Source: a virus (Duplodnaviria > Caudoviricetes). Taken from it: 64,000 bases of DNA. Positions 48,123 to 59,311 of the stretch are shown here, piece after piece. Position 1 is the first letter of the stretch. Each line of letters starts with the position of its first letter. Where the stretch lies: positions 96,001-160,000 of the IMG/VR virus record IMGVR_UViG_2645727757_000001; one strand, given 5' to 3'. The translations under genes and the position numbers were made by a program. The notes beneath the pieces were generated by a model that did no database searches, was not told the origin of the DNA, and worked only from the letters and a program-made list of their open reading frames with translations.

Positions 48123-49697
48123 TTGAAAGATATTAGAAAATTAAAACCTGCTATTGCTGGATTAACTATGTCTTTAACTGATTCAACTAGTAATACAAAT
48201 ATTGTTACATTAACTGATGCTAACAATAAAGAATTTAATATAGATATTAATAATTTATCTCATATAGTTGAAGATGCTGAAAATGATAACTGCAATATTC
48301 AAGACAATGAAAATCCAATAATTAATTTTGAGCCTAGTATTACAGATTCAGAAGGAAAAGACATTAATATATCTGACGCAATATCAAGTATTAATTCTGG
48401 TAACGGAGAAATAGTTGCTGTAGATGCGTTAATAGAAGTTACACACTCTGGACTAAATGATAATAATTTTGTTTACAATTCAGAAGATTTAGAAGAAGGA
48501 GTAACAACTTGGCTAACTCCATTTAAAAAGCCATTATTAAAAAATCATGATTTAGATAGTGAGCCTGTTGGAAGAGTTATAGACGCTTATCATGGCAAAT
48601 CAGATATTGCAAATGATAGAGATACTTTAAATGTTACATTTAGAGTTACAGATAAAGATGCAATGGTTAAGCTACTTGATAAAAGATATAAGACTGTTTC
48701 GATAGGAGCTAGTGCTGGTAAAGTCAAATGTAATGTGTGCGGAAAAGACATATTAAAGGATGGAGCATTTAAATTCTGTGGCCATTATAAAGGTGAAATT
48801 TACAACGGAGAGAAAGCTACTTGGACAGCTTCTATGTTTAATTTTAAAGAATGTTCAATAGTAAATAATCCTGCTGATAAATATGCACAAATTAAAAATA
48901 TCAAGCTTGTTAAAAAGCAAGACATTGATACTCCTGGTGTTAATGATAGCGATAATGAACCAGACATATTAGATGCATTAGATGATGCAATAAAAAACTC
49001 TAATGTAAATGATTCTGTAGATAACGCTGACAATAATGAAACACCAGAAAATAATAATCCAGATATTAATGATAATAATAACCCATCAAATGATGAACCA
49101 GATAATCAAGATGGTAATAATAATGAAGATATTACTGATACTGAATATAAAGAAAAGTATGAAAAAGCATTATCAGATTTAAATGATGCAAATACAAATA
49201 TTGCAACTTTAAATGATTCTGTAACTGAAAAAGATAATGAGATAAATACTTTAAATGATTCTATATCTGAAAAGAATAATAAGATTAACTCATTAAACAA
49301 TGAATTATCAGTTGTTAGAGATGAATTAAATAAGAGCAAGGAAAACTTCTTATCAGTATCAATTTTATACAAGCAATCTTTAATTGATTATATAGTTAGC
49401 AAAAAAGTGGCTAATAACTTAATAGATGAAAAAGATATAGATAGTGAAAAAGCTAGTCTATTAATTCATTCAACTAAAGAGTTAAAAAATATTAATGATG
49501 AATTGAAGATTGAAAACAGTATTAAAAATACTGTTAAAGATACTTCTATACCTACAGTTACAAATCCATCTTTAGCTGATAACACTAATGGTAATGTTAT
49601 CGAAGATGAAAATGAAGATGAATTAAATGTTAAGGATGATAAAAAGAAACCTATAACATTAAAAGATATAGAAGAAAAATATTTAGAAATATTATAA
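48123..49697 (+). CDS. prohead protease/scaffold
   Basis: THSG..N, KPLLKNHD...PVGRV, TVSIG, ECSIVNNPAD; acidic/coiled-coil C-terminus. Confidence 0.9.
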   Translation: MKDIRKLKPAIAGLTMSLTDSTSNTNIVTLTDANNKEFNIDINNLSHIVEDAENDNCNIQDNENPIINFEPSITDSEGKDINISDAISSINSGNGEIVAVDALIEVTHSGLNDNNFVYNSEDLEEGVTTWLTPFKKPLLKNHDLDSEPVGRVIDAYHGKSDIANDRDTLNVTFRVTDKDAMVKLLDKRYKTVSIGASAGKVKCNVCGKDILKDGAFKFCGHYKGEIYNGEKATWTASMFNFKECSIVNNPADKYAQIKNIKLVKKQDIDTPGVNDSDNEPDILDALDDAIKNSNVNDSVDNADNNETPENNNPDINDNNNPSNDEPDNQDGNNNEDITDTEYKEKYEKALSDLNDANTNIATLNDSVTEKDNEINTLNDSISEKNNKINSLNNELSVVRDELNKSKENFLSVSILYKQSLIDYIVSKKVANNLIDEKDIDSEKASLLIHSTKELKNINDELKIENSIKNTVKDTSIPTVTNPSLADNTNGNVIEDENEDELNVKDDKKKPITLKDIEEKYLEIL

Positions 49698-49711
49698 AGG
49701 GAGGAAGCGAA

Positions 49712-50911
49712 ATGGCTTTATTTCAAGGAACTGAAAGAATAAACGGTTCAAGATCACATACTAAGCTAGTTGTATCTGGTCACGATTCACCAGCACAAGA
49801 TTGGCTTATAGATCCAACATTTATGGATGCAACAATGAAGGCTGCATTTGATGAAGGAGTATTATTCCACTACGATTACGGTGGTCCTGGAATGGAAGAT
49901 GTTGTTATACCAATGGGAAGAGTTGTTGGTGTTGCAGCTCCAGTAAAAGACTTCACACAAGGAGTTTATAAGACTACTTTATCTCTACCAGGAATAGCTA
50001 CAGATAATAATACTGTAGGGGTAGCTCCTTATAACTTCTGTAAAGATTATTTCCAACAAGATAGATTTGGAGGAAATAAACCTTCTATTATAACAACTAA
50101 CTATTTATCTCTTCCTTATATTCCATCAGTAGAACCTGCATCATCTTTTGATAAAGCTGGTTTATTAGATGAAGAAAAGAGAATATCAAAAGATTTAAAG
50201 ATGCCTTGGGGCGCAGTAATAGGAGCTGGAGTTACAGAAGGTTGCTATTTAAAATCAACTCCATCTGGAAGATTAACTAAATGGAAAAAAGGAACAGATG
50301 ATTTTGTTGATGTAGTAGGACAAGTACTTGCTACTGACTTCAACTCTGAACCATTCGGTTGGGAAAAATGGATGTTATGGGACCCATCAGTAAGACATGA
50401 AGATGATATGTATATCAATAGAAGTGGTTCTTCTGATCTTCCATCAGATTCAGGCTATCCATTCAGTCCAGAATATGCAGAAGGAAATACAGTATTCCAA
50501 AGTTATCAATCTCAAACTGTAAATAATCCAACTGGTATTCCAGGATTACACGATGGTAGCGGTAATTTCACAGGATTCGGTAAAAATGATACTGAATACA
50601 AGAACATAGCTTTAGGTAAAGTTCCTACAATTGAAGTAGACGATACAGTTATCGTTATAAATGCTAAAGACTATGCAGGTGGAAACCTTAAAAACCTTCA
50701 AGAAGATTCAGTTGAAATAAAAGTAAATGATGTAAAAGTTACAGAAGGTCTATCAATAGATTATGAAGAAGGTACTATATCATTCCCTGTAAAGACATCT
50801 CAAACAGGACAAGCAATAACAGGAAGCTATAAAGCTTTCCATTATGGAACACCAACATACCTAGACTTTAAAGGCGTTGTTGGAGCAGTATTCGTACTGT
50901 TAAAGAAATAA
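49712..50911 (+). CDS. capsid-associated (decoration/cement-like) structural protein
   Basis: Between protease and MCP; VVIPMGRVV, GVAPYN, GIPGL.DG. Confidence 0.7.
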   Translation: MALFQGTERINGSRSHTKLVVSGHDSPAQDWLIDPTFMDATMKAAFDEGVLFHYDYGGPGMEDVVIPMGRVVGVAAPVKDFTQGVYKTTLSLPGIATDNNTVGVAPYNFCKDYFQQDRFGGNKPSIITTNYLSLPYIPSVEPASSFDKAGLLDEEKRISKDLKMPWGAVIGAGVTEGCYLKSTPSGRLTKWKKGTDDFVDVVGQVLATDFNSEPFGWEKWMLWDPSVRHEDDMYINRSGSSDLPSDSGYPFSPEYAEGNTVFQSYQSQTVNNPTGIPGLHDGSGNFTGFGKNDTEYKNIALGKVPTIEVDDTVIVINAKDYAGGNLKNLQEDSVEIKVNDVKVTEGLSIDYEEGTISFPVKTSQTGQAITGSYKAFHYGTPTYLDFKGVVGAVFVLLKK

Positions 50912-50925
50912 TAGGGGGAGAGATT

Positions 50926-52113
50926 ATGTCAATAATTTTATTAGATAAAATTAAAGAAGCTAAAAAGAGAATGCAAGAAGACATAGAAGGTAAATTAGCT
51001 AATAATGGTAATATAACTGACTATGATACTTCTGTATATGAGTTAAGTGACGAAGATGCCGAAATAATGGATTACTTCGTTAGATCACAAAATGGAGAAA
51101 CTGTTCCAGGATTTAATTTACAAGATTTCTTAGGAACTCCACAAGCTAAAGTGTTAATTCCTAGAGTTTTAATAGGAACAATGAGAAAGGCGCAAGAACC
51201 TTATTATGTAGCAAGTGAATTCTTCAAAAAAGTAAGATTAAAAAATAGTTCAAGTATAATTTTACCATCTATAGGGGTAATGAAAGCTCATGATATACCA
51301 GAAGGAGCTGAAATTCCAGCAGAAACACTAGACTGGCAAAAACACAAAAATAAACACATTTACGCTACTAAGAGCGGTATCAGATTACAATATAGTGAAG
51401 ATACAATGAAAGAGTGTGAATTTGATTTATTAAACATTATGGTTTCAGAAGCTGGTCGTGCACTTGTAAGACACGCAGAACAAAAAGCATTTATAGAATT
51501 ACTAAAACATGGTCATCCAGTATTCGATAATGCTTTAAGAGCAAAAGATCCTAAGACTTGGGCTGCTGCTGGAACAACAGGAATGGACTTTAATGGAAAC
51601 TTCAATGATACATTATCAATTGATGATTTACTTGATATTTGCATTGCTATTTTAAATAATGAATACACACCTACTGATATGGTTATTCATAGTTTAGCTT
51701 GGACTGCTTTCGCTAAATCTGGATTAACTGGTGCTTTCACAGCATTAAAGGAAAAAGATACTAAGGCTGAAAATCCAGTAAAAGGATTCAAGCTTGGACC
51801 AGAAAGTATGCAAGGAAGATTACCATTCTCATTTAACGTAAAATTATCACCATTTGCACCTATCAACAAGAAAGCACGTAGATTCGATACTATTTGCGTT
51901 GATAAGAACAATGTTGGTGTTAAGATTATAAAATATGACCTAAAGACAGAAGAGTTTAGAGATCCTGCTAGAGATATTCAAAACTTAAAAATGGTAGAAG
52001 CTTATGGATACGGAACATACAACGAAGGAAGAGCAGTAGCTTTAGCTAGAAATATTTCAATGGCTAGATCATGGGCTTATCCAGACAGAGTTGTTAATAT
52101 CCAAACTAAATAA
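50926..52113 (+). CDS. major capsid protein (HK97 fold)
   Basis: LIPRV, IPEG.EIP, K.G.RLQ.SE, AGRAL.R..E, FRDP.RDI..LK..E.YG; position. Confidence 0.9.
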   Translation: MSIILLDKIKEAKKRMQEDIEGKLANNGNITDYDTSVYELSDEDAEIMDYFVRSQNGETVPGFNLQDFLGTPQAKVLIPRVLIGTMRKAQEPYYVASEFFKKVRLKNSSSIILPSIGVMKAHDIPEGAEIPAETLDWQKHKNKHIYATKSGIRLQYSEDTMKECEFDLLNIMVSEAGRALVRHAEQKAFIELLKHGHPVFDNALRAKDPKTWAAAGTTGMDFNGNFNDTLSIDDLLDICIAILNNEYTPTDMVIHSLAWTAFAKSGLTGAFTALKEKDTKAENPVKGFKLGPESMQGRLPFSFNVKLSPFAPINKKARRFDTICVDKNNVGVKIIKYDLKTEEFRDPARDIQNLKMVEAYGYGTYNEGRAVALARNISMARSWAYPDRVVNIQTK

Positions 52114-52143
52114 TCTTTGATATTAAAATAATACGTTAAGTAT

Positions 52144-52542
52144 ATGAAAAGGAGAAAGAAGATGGGTAAGCATACTTTAAAGCTAGATACTACTATAAGG
52201 GAAAATTACTCATTCTTCTGTCCCGATTCTGGGCTACATTTAGACTTACTAAGACCAGAAGCAACTATTGAATTAGAAAGTCTAACTCCTTCTATAAGAA
52301 GAGCTATTGATTCTAAAACATTAATATATGTAGATGGTGAATTTGTATTTGAAAATTGTCCTTCATGCGGATATTTAGAAGAATCAATTCCAGAGCCACC
52401 ACCAGAGCCACCATTAGAGAGCGATAGTGGACTTGGAGGACCAGAAGAGGACGGAATGGAAGAGTTAGCTTCTTTAGAAGTAAAAGAAGTTAAAAAAGAA
52501 AGTAAAACTAAAAAAGCTGCAACAAGAACAAAGAAAAAATAA
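52144..52542 (+). CDS. hypothetical head-associated protein
   Basis: FFCP.SGLHL....P pattern, Pro/Glu-rich; likely ATG start at 52162. Confidence 0.65.
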   Translation: MKRRKKMGKHTLKLDTTIRENYSFFCPDSGLHLDLLRPEATIELESLTPSIRRAIDSKTLIYVDGEFVFENCPSCGYLEESIPEPPPEPPLESDSGLGGPEEDGMEELASLEVKEVKKESKTKKAATRTKKK

Positions 52543-52557
52543 TTGGAGGTGATGTAA

Positions 52558-54063
52558 ATGGTAAATACAGTAGAAACTGTAGGAATAGTTGTAAATTCTA
52601 TATATCCATTAAAAAAATCAACTGATGTTCCTATAGATACAATAATAGAATTAGAGTTTAATACAGATTTAAAAATAGGTTCCTTATTTGATTCAGTTAA
52701 GCTTTATAAAAGTTTAGATGAAGATTTCAAGCATTTTGAAGAGTTAAAAGGTGAAATAACATATTCAAGTAGGGTTATTAAATTTAAACCTAGTGAAAAT
52801 CTTGAATCTAATACTTTATATAAAGTATCTATAGAAGAAGGGATTTTAAAGGATATAAACAATAACACTATGCTAGTTCCATTTACATCATCTTTTAAAA
52901 CAGCTAGAAATGAAAATATATCATATATAAATATTAATTATCCTAAAAATAATTCTATATTAAATAAACTTGAATACATTAATATTTCATCTGACAAATT
53001 CTCTAGATATGATGTTCAAATTTCAAGTAAAAATGATTTTACTTCTATAGTATTTGAAAAATCATATATTCCACAGGATGGAGATTATGATTCTATAACT
53101 ATAATGCTAGATGATTTAAAACTTGAAGAAAGAAATTATTATATAAGAGTAGTTGATAAGGAAAATAATATTTGTTCAAATCAAATTCAGATAGGAATAT
53201 CAGATGTTAAAGAGTTTGATGAATTTGAAGAAACAGATTCATTCTTTGATGATATAGCATTAGTAAAAACTTTCCCTAGTAATGGTGCAATAAATGTAAG
53301 TAGGAAAATTAATCATGTTTATATTATAGTAACTGGAAATGTAAAGAAAGAAGATATAAATGATTTTAATATTGAATATGTATCTCTTTCTGATGAAGAT
53401 TCCAATGATTATTTAGAAATAAATCTTGATAATCTTATACTTGAATATAATAAGGAGAATGACACAACTAGTATTTTTTATAAATTAAATACTGGAAATT
53501 CAGAATCAGTAACTAGAAAAAATAGTAATTCTTTTAATTATGGTCAAGTAGAAACTATAGAAGAAAACATGATATATAAAATTACAGCTAACATAAAGAA
53601 TATTGATATATCATATCAATTTGTTAGTTATGTAAATCCTAAGTATTGTACTGTAAACCAAATAAGATTAGAAGCTGGGGAGTTTTTAGCAAGTATATCT
53701 GATATAGATATTATTAAAAAAATACATGAATATAGTTTAGAAGGATTGGAGCTTTACGAAGATCAAGTTGAATCTGATGTACCAACTAGAGCATTGAAAA
53801 GATGGGTTAAGTATTCTGTTCTAATAGATTTATGTAATAAAGCTTATATAGAGATAGCTGGAAACAATGGTTCACAAAGCAAATCCATAGGTGATATTAA
53901 CATATCTATTTCAAGGAGAATACCATATCTATCAGAAATCTTGAAACTATTCAAACAAGAACTTCAAGATGCTTTAGACAGTATGGACGATGATAGTATG
54001 TTTGCTACAGCACCTAGAGCTGGAAGTACAACTTATCCTTTAGATTCGAGGGTGGGGTTCTAA
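52558..54063 (+). CDS. Ig-like (Big_5-type) domain structural/head-completion protein
   Basis: P....DVP.D..I.LEFN...FKPSENL..NTLYKV. Confidence 0.75.
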   Translation: MVNTVETVGIVVNSIYPLKKSTDVPIDTIIELEFNTDLKIGSLFDSVKLYKSLDEDFKHFEELKGEITYSSRVIKFKPSENLESNTLYKVSIEEGILKDINNNTMLVPFTSSFKTARNENISYININYPKNNSILNKLEYINISSDKFSRYDVQISSKNDFTSIVFEKSYIPQDGDYDSITIMLDDLKLEERNYYIRVVDKENNICSNQIQIGISDVKEFDEFEETDSFFDDIALVKTFPSNGAINVSRKINHVYIIVTGNVKKEDINDFNIEYVSLSDEDSNDYLEINLDNLILEYNKENDTTSIFYKLNTGNSESVTRKNSNSFNYGQVETIEENMIYKITANIKNIDISYQFVSYVNPKYCTVNQIRLEAGEFLASISDIDIIKKIHEYSLEGLELYEDQVESDVPTRALKRWVKYSVLIDLCNKAYIEIAGNNGSQSKSIGDINISISRRIPYLSEILKLFKQELQDALDSMDDDSMFATAPRAGSTTYPLDSRVGF

Positions 54064-54066
54064 TAT

Positions 54067-54609
54067 ATGATTTATAGAGATTTAATAGATTTAGAAGAAC
54101 AATTTAATTATTTATTAAATAAGTTTGGAAGCAATATTATATATGTTAGACACAGCGAAATTATGAAATGTGATTGTTATAATGAATTATTTAAAAAAGG
54201 TGATCCTAATTGTAATAATTGTTTAGGAAGTGGAAAAGCACTTGGACTTAGGATGTCTAAAATTATAATAAAAAATAGTTTAGGTGATTATAAAGAAATG
54301 ACTAGTGGATTTGAAATATCAAAATCGACTACATTATATATGCCTAATACTTATAAACCTAAAGCTGGAGATTACATTCTATTTGCTGAATATGATAAAA
54401 ATGGTTATGTAGATAACGTAACCGATGTATATGAAGTTTCTTGTCCTAATGAAACAAGAGGCGATAATGGAAAAATTGAATTCTTTAGTTTAAAAGGTAT
54501 TTTAAGAAAAGATAAAACTATTTCATTCAACAAACTTATTAAAAATATGAATTCTTTTAAGAAAAAATTACTAAAGGATGGTAGGTGTATAGATGCTAGA
54601 AGGATTTGA
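54067..54609 (+). CDS. head-tail joining protein
   Basis: C.CYN.....DPNC..C.G.G; RGDNGKIEFF. Confidence 0.65.
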   Translation: MIYRDLIDLEEQFNYLLNKFGSNIIYVRHSEIMKCDCYNELFKKGDPNCNNCLGSGKALGLRMSKIIIKNSLGDYKEMTSGFEISKSTTLYMPNTYKPKAGDYILFAEYDKNGYVDNVTDVYEVSCPNETRGDNGKIEFFSLKGILRKDKTISFNKLIKNMNSFKKKLLKDGRCIDARRI

Positions 54610-56080
54610 AAATATACAAGAACTATCTGATAGTATAAATGAAAAAAAGAATATATTTTTTATTGGAACATCAGAGTTTGGAGAAGTTAATGTTCCAACG
54701 TATATTCCAGATTTAGCGTATTTGTATGCTACATTTGGAAGAAGAGGAACGTTAATAGAAACAATTGAAAATATATTAGATGATGAATTTAAAATAAATA
54801 ATATTTATGTAGTTAAAACAACAGGTTCTCATTCTAAAGCATTACTTGATGTAAATGTAATAGGAAGAGAAATAATAGATTCTGGAGTTATTATAAAAGC
54901 TAAACATTCATCAGAAAAGTTTGATGATATTAAAGTATCATTAACTGAAAAAGATATATCTTTTTCTATGAATGAAGAGAACAATATATCTTACAAGTAT
55001 GAAGATTATATTACTATAAATAATTTAGCAAATAAAATAAATAAAGATACCAACAATGGTGATAACTATGTGTATATGGAAACATATGTTGATGATAGTG
55101 TCAAACTTGCAGGAGCATTAAGTACAGTAAACAGTAATGAATTTTATCTACATACTGGTAGCTCTGGACTTAGCACTAGTAAAAATAAATATTATATATC
55201 TTTAAAAAATACTTTAGAATTGCTTGAAGGATATGAAATTGATGTGTTAGTTCCATTAGGAGCGTATCTTGATGATATATGCTATGAGGAAGATGTTGTA
55301 AGCCATACTGATAAACTTACAATAAAAATAAATAATAAAAGTACTTCCTTTTATGAGTTGATAACAGATTTTATACATCTACAATTTAATTCTGGAATTA
55401 CTACCATAGGAGTACTTGGTTTTAATCATAAAAGCGATTTAAGTATTGATGAAAAGATTTTAGTTTTAGAAAAAAATAAAGAAAATGTGCAAGATAGAAT
55501 AAGCAACTCTTTTATATGTATATCTAGTAACAATCTTTATAATTCTAAATTAAATAGAGTAACAAACGGACAAGCAGAGCTTGGATGTTTAATACGAAAT
55601 ACCATTCCAACTGAATCAATAACATTCAAAAGTCTACCTAAATTTTACAGTCCTGTAGAATTATTTACCAATGATAAATTAATAAAATTAGCTGATAACC
55701 ACCTAGTAGCTTTTAGATATAGCTATTACAAGAAAAAAACTGTAGTTTCTACCTCAATGACTACATCTTCTTGTAAGGAAAAGGGTTATCACTATATGCA
55801 AAATATAATAACTTTACAATTTATAACTAAAATATTGAACCTATTATGCGAAAAATACATAGGCGAAGATATAAATAAAGTTATAAAAAGTAAGCAATTA
55901 GAAAATGAATTTAAAAAAATATTATCTGAACTTAGGGTTGTTCAATATATTCAAGATTATGAAGTCAGCTTGGAAAGAGTATCAACTGATGAAGTTGAAA
56001 TTCGTACAAAAGTTCAAAGTATATTCACCTTAGATTTTTTAGAAATATTAAATAAATTAAAGATTGAGGATATGGTGTAA
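54593..56080 (+). CDS. divergent tail-sheath paralog
   Basis: IFFIGTSEFG.VN.P...LYATFG, LELLEGY.ID.LVP.GAYLD and C-terminal EKYIGE...IQDY mirror the main sheath. Confidence 0.7.
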   Translation: MLEGFENIQELSDSINEKKNIFFIGTSEFGEVNVPTYIPDLAYLYATFGRRGTLIETIENILDDEFKINNIYVVKTTGSHSKALLDVNVIGREIIDSGVIIKAKHSSEKFDDIKVSLTEKDISFSMNEENNISYKYEDYITINNLANKINKDTNNGDNYVYMETYVDDSVKLAGALSTVNSNEFYLHTGSSGLSTSKNKYYISLKNTLELLEGYEIDVLVPLGAYLDDICYEEDVVSHTDKLTIKINNKSTSFYELITDFIHLQFNSGITTIGVLGFNHKSDLSIDEKILVLEKNKENVQDRISNSFICISSNNLYNSKLNRVTNGQAELGCLIRNTIPTESITFKSLPKFYSPVELFTNDKLIKLADNHLVAFRYSYYKKKTVVSTSMTTSSCKEKGYHYMQNIITLQFITKILNLLCEKYIGEDINKVIKSKQLENEFKKILSELRVVQYIQDYEVSLERVSTDEVEIRTKVQSIFTLDFLEILNKLKIEDMV

Positions 56081-56783
56081 AATGGATAGATTTGATGAAG
56101 TTATGAATGACTATTTTGGAATAAAAAATGAAGAAAAAGTTTATAAAGAAGAAACTAAAACAGAAGTTAAAAAAGATTTAAATGAATACAAAGTAGGCAG
56201 ATATACAAGCGAAGGAAATATAAGTACCATAGATGAACTAGCTGACATTATAAAAATAATTTTAGATACAGCTTTGGGTGACGGATGGGGAAGCTTTAAG
56301 CCGAAGCTTGAAAAAACTGACACTATAGAAACAATGGATGGTCCAATCATAACATATGACATTAACCACAGGGAAGTTAGTGAGAATACTAACATCAAAC
56401 CACAGCTTATGGATACCATAAAAGAAGAGGTTGATGGCGTATTGACAGGTGATGCTATAAATGTGTACAGGCAATGGTTTGACTGCATTGTTGAATTTGA
56501 TATATGGGGTAGAAATTCACTTGAAACAAGAATTTTAAGTGAAAAATTTGAGAGATTACTTAATGCTTATATTGGAAATATAAAGAAACATGGAATATCT
56601 GAAATGTTCTTTATGAATGAAGTTCCAGCAACTATATCAGTAAATTACAGAAAAGATATAGCTATGAGGCCAATTATGTATTTTGTAAAGCTTGAAAGAA
56701 TACAAACAGTAAGGGTAAGCACAATTAACAAAATTGAAACGAAGGTTAATGCCTTTATTAATAAAAGAAATGCTAGTAAATAG
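56064..56783 (+). CDS. tail completion/terminator-like structural protein
   Basis: KPQL...YRQWFD..VEFDIW...FE; precedes the sheath; likely ATG start at 56082. Confidence 0.6.
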   Translation: MRIWCKMDRFDEVMNDYFGIKNEEKVYKEETKTEVKKDLNEYKVGRYTSEGNISTIDELADIIKIILDTALGDGWGSFKPKLEKTDTIETMDGPIITYDINHREVSENTNIKPQLMDTIKEEVDGVLTGDAINVYRQWFDCIVEFDIWGRNSLETRILSEKFERLLNAYIGNIKKHGISEMFFMNEVPATISVNYRKDIAMRPIMYFVKLERIQTVRVSTINKIETKVNAFINKRNASK

Positions 56784-56808
56784 CAACATCGGGAGGTAAA
56801 GAGATAAT

Positions 56809-59253
56809 ATGGTTGATTTCACTAAAAAATATGAAAATTTACCAGGTATGCTAATCGAGTACAAAGATGGTGGAATGGCTTTAAAGAAAAATACTTCAAC
56901 TGTAAAAACTGATAGCATCTTGATATTAGGTACAGCATTAGACGGTCCTGTAATGGAACCTGTAGCTGTTGACGATGATAGTGCATATGCTCTATTCGGA
57001 GAATCAACTGATGCTTTAGGTGCTTCAAATGGTGCGACACTTTTAAAAGCTTATGCACAAGCAAGAAATATTGGGTGTACTGATATTAGACTAATGAGAG
57101 TTACAGGAAAAACTGCAAAAACTCAAATCAAGAGTGCTGCTAAAGAAGTAACTGAACTTGTTAGAATCGAAGAAGATTTCGCAACTGTATCTGGAAATGA
57201 TGAAACAGTTATAACATTATCTAATGACAATATAAATGTTGAATCATTAAAGGTATATGTAAAAGGTGTTCTATTAAAAGGTGGATATGCTTTAAATGGT
57301 AAAAAACTTACTATTGAAGCTGGAGTTGCAGATGCTAACGCTGCTGTAACTGTTCAATATGCACATACAAGAAAAGTTCTTGTAAATGATGAAATGCATG
57401 AAGTAAGTTCAAACAAAACTATTACTTTAAATGCAACACCTAAAGAGGGTACTATTTTAATTTCAAATAATGAACAAGAAGTTGCAAGTTCAAAATATAC
57501 TGTTGAAGGAAAATTAATTACTTTCACAGATGAAACAGTAAATCCTGCTGACATTTTAGCTGTTGATTATGAGTTACTTGAAGGTGAGGTTGTTCTTGTT
57601 ACTGAAAACGGAACTCCAGAAGCTCCATTCTTAACTGCAACATCAAAAATCAAAAAACTTTTAAAAGAACAACCAAAGGAAGGTTCTATAAAACTTTATG
57701 TAAATGGTGTTCTATTTGATAACGATAAAGTTATTGAAGTAGGAGATGGAGAAGAAGGAAGCGATGCTGAAATCTTACATGGTGGTAGTTTCGATGATGA
57801 ATCAACTGAAACTATTCACGGAGGAACATTCGATGGCAAAAATAGAGCTATTCTAGTTAGAGTTAATCCTACAAGAAAGACTGTATTAGTTGACAAGAAG
57901 TACTTTAAAAGAGGCGATGAAATTACAGTTGAGTATTTAAATGAAAAAGTATCTAATGTAGAACCAGTTATAGAATTTGAATCATATTTCGGTGGAGAAG
58001 TATATAACCAAGGATATGTTACTGTAAAGAATATAGTTAGTTCAAGCAGCGATAATGTAATTGGTAAAAAAGTTGTTATAACTGTTCCAGATACAAAATC
58101 TGTAGGTGCTACAGCAACATTAGAATATAGCTCACTTGACTATAAAACTTTTGGAGCTTTAGTACAAGCTATCAACCAAGATGCCAATAATGGAGTATAT
58201 AAAGCAACAACTTTATATGATGATGAATACACTATGGATTTAACATTATCTAGTTCATACTTTGTAGATGGGGAAGATGGTCTAAATCCTACTCCACAAG
58301 AAATGTTTGAAGCATTAACTGGAACAAAGGATAATGAAGGATTACTTCTAGAAAGTGGAGCTTTCCAACTTTTAGAAGGTTATCAAGTAGATTCTATAGT
58401 AGTAACTGGAGTTTATGCTGACCAAATCTTAGTAGGAAAGTTTAATAACTTTGCTTATGAATTAGCTTTATTATGTGCTGTTTTATCACATAGAAATAAA
58501 GCTACAATTGGATTTATAAGTGTATCTCCATGTAAGGACACATCATTAAGAGGCGTACAAGAATATACAGAAAAATTAGTTGCTATGAATAACTTATACT
58601 TCCTAAAAGATCAAAGTGGAAATATTATAAAAGATTCTAATGGCGATCCAATGGATTTAGGTAAATTCATAAGTGTAGTAGCAGGACCAGAAATAGAACA
58701 TACTGATTCTAAAATCGGTAGATTCTGGGGTAATCCAGCTGTTGACTACGCAGCTAAGAACTCATTACTAGCTCCACAATCAGCTCCAACAAACAAGAAG
58801 ATTGATGGAGTTAAGAAGTTAAAATTCAATTTCTCTAACTATCAATTAGATAGAATAACAGGAAATAGAATAATAACATTCAGAAGTAAATTATCTGGAA
58901 ATACAAATAATGTTGTAATCGTTGATGGTGTTACATCAGCACATCCAAATTCAGATTATACAAGAATAACTACTCAAAGAGTTATGAGATATGTTTCAGA
59001 TGAAATAAGAGAAGCAGGTGAACCATTCCTTGGGGAACCAAATACAATAGAACAAAGAAATGCTCTAGCAAGTGCGATTTCTAAGAAATTATCTACTTGT
59101 AAAGAAGGTGGAGTAATAATTGATTATGCTTTCCAAATACTTTCAGATGCAAAATCTCAATTATTAGGTGAAGCAAACATTGAATTATCAATAATTCCAC
59201 CACAAGAATTAAGAAAAATTACAGCAGTAATGGGACTAAAAGCAAGTCTATAA
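56809..59253 (+). CDS. contractile tail sheath protein
   Basis: NLPG..IE..DG, GTALDGP..EP, SAPTNK, DGVT...SDY.RI.T.R, PFLGEPN, P.QELRKI. Confidence 0.92.
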   Translation: MVDFTKKYENLPGMLIEYKDGGMALKKNTSTVKTDSILILGTALDGPVMEPVAVDDDSAYALFGESTDALGASNGATLLKAYAQARNIGCTDIRLMRVTGKTAKTQIKSAAKEVTELVRIEEDFATVSGNDETVITLSNDNINVESLKVYVKGVLLKGGYALNGKKLTIEAGVADANAAVTVQYAHTRKVLVNDEMHEVSSNKTITLNATPKEGTILISNNEQEVASSKYTVEGKLITFTDETVNPADILAVDYELLEGEVVLVTENGTPEAPFLTATSKIKKLLKEQPKEGSIKLYVNGVLFDNDKVIEVGDGEEGSDAEILHGGSFDDESTETIHGGTFDGKNRAILVRVNPTRKTVLVDKKYFKRGDEITVEYLNEKVSNVEPVIEFESYFGGEVYNQGYVTVKNIVSSSSDNVIGKKVVITVPDTKSVGATATLEYSSLDYKTFGALVQAINQDANNGVYKATTLYDDEYTMDLTLSSSYFVDGEDGLNPTPQEMFEALTGTKDNEGLLLESGAFQLLEGYQVDSIVVTGVYADQILVGKFNNFAYELALLCAVLSHRNKATIGFISVSPCKDTSLRGVQEYTEKLVAMNNLYFLKDQSGNIIKDSNGDPMDLGKFISVVAGPEIEHTDSKIGRFWGNPAVDYAAKNSLLAPQSAPTNKKIDGVKKLKFNFSNYQLDRITGNRIITFRSKLSGNTNNVVIVDGVTSAHPNSDYTRITTQRVMRYVSDEIREAGEPFLGEPNTIEQRNALASAISKKLSTCKEGGVIIDYAFQILSDAKSQLLGEANIELSIIPPQELRKITAVMGLKASL

Positions 59254-59311
59254 TTTTAAAATATTAATTCCTCCCTCTTCTTGGGGGAGGGTAAAGGAGA
59301 TGTGAAACAGT

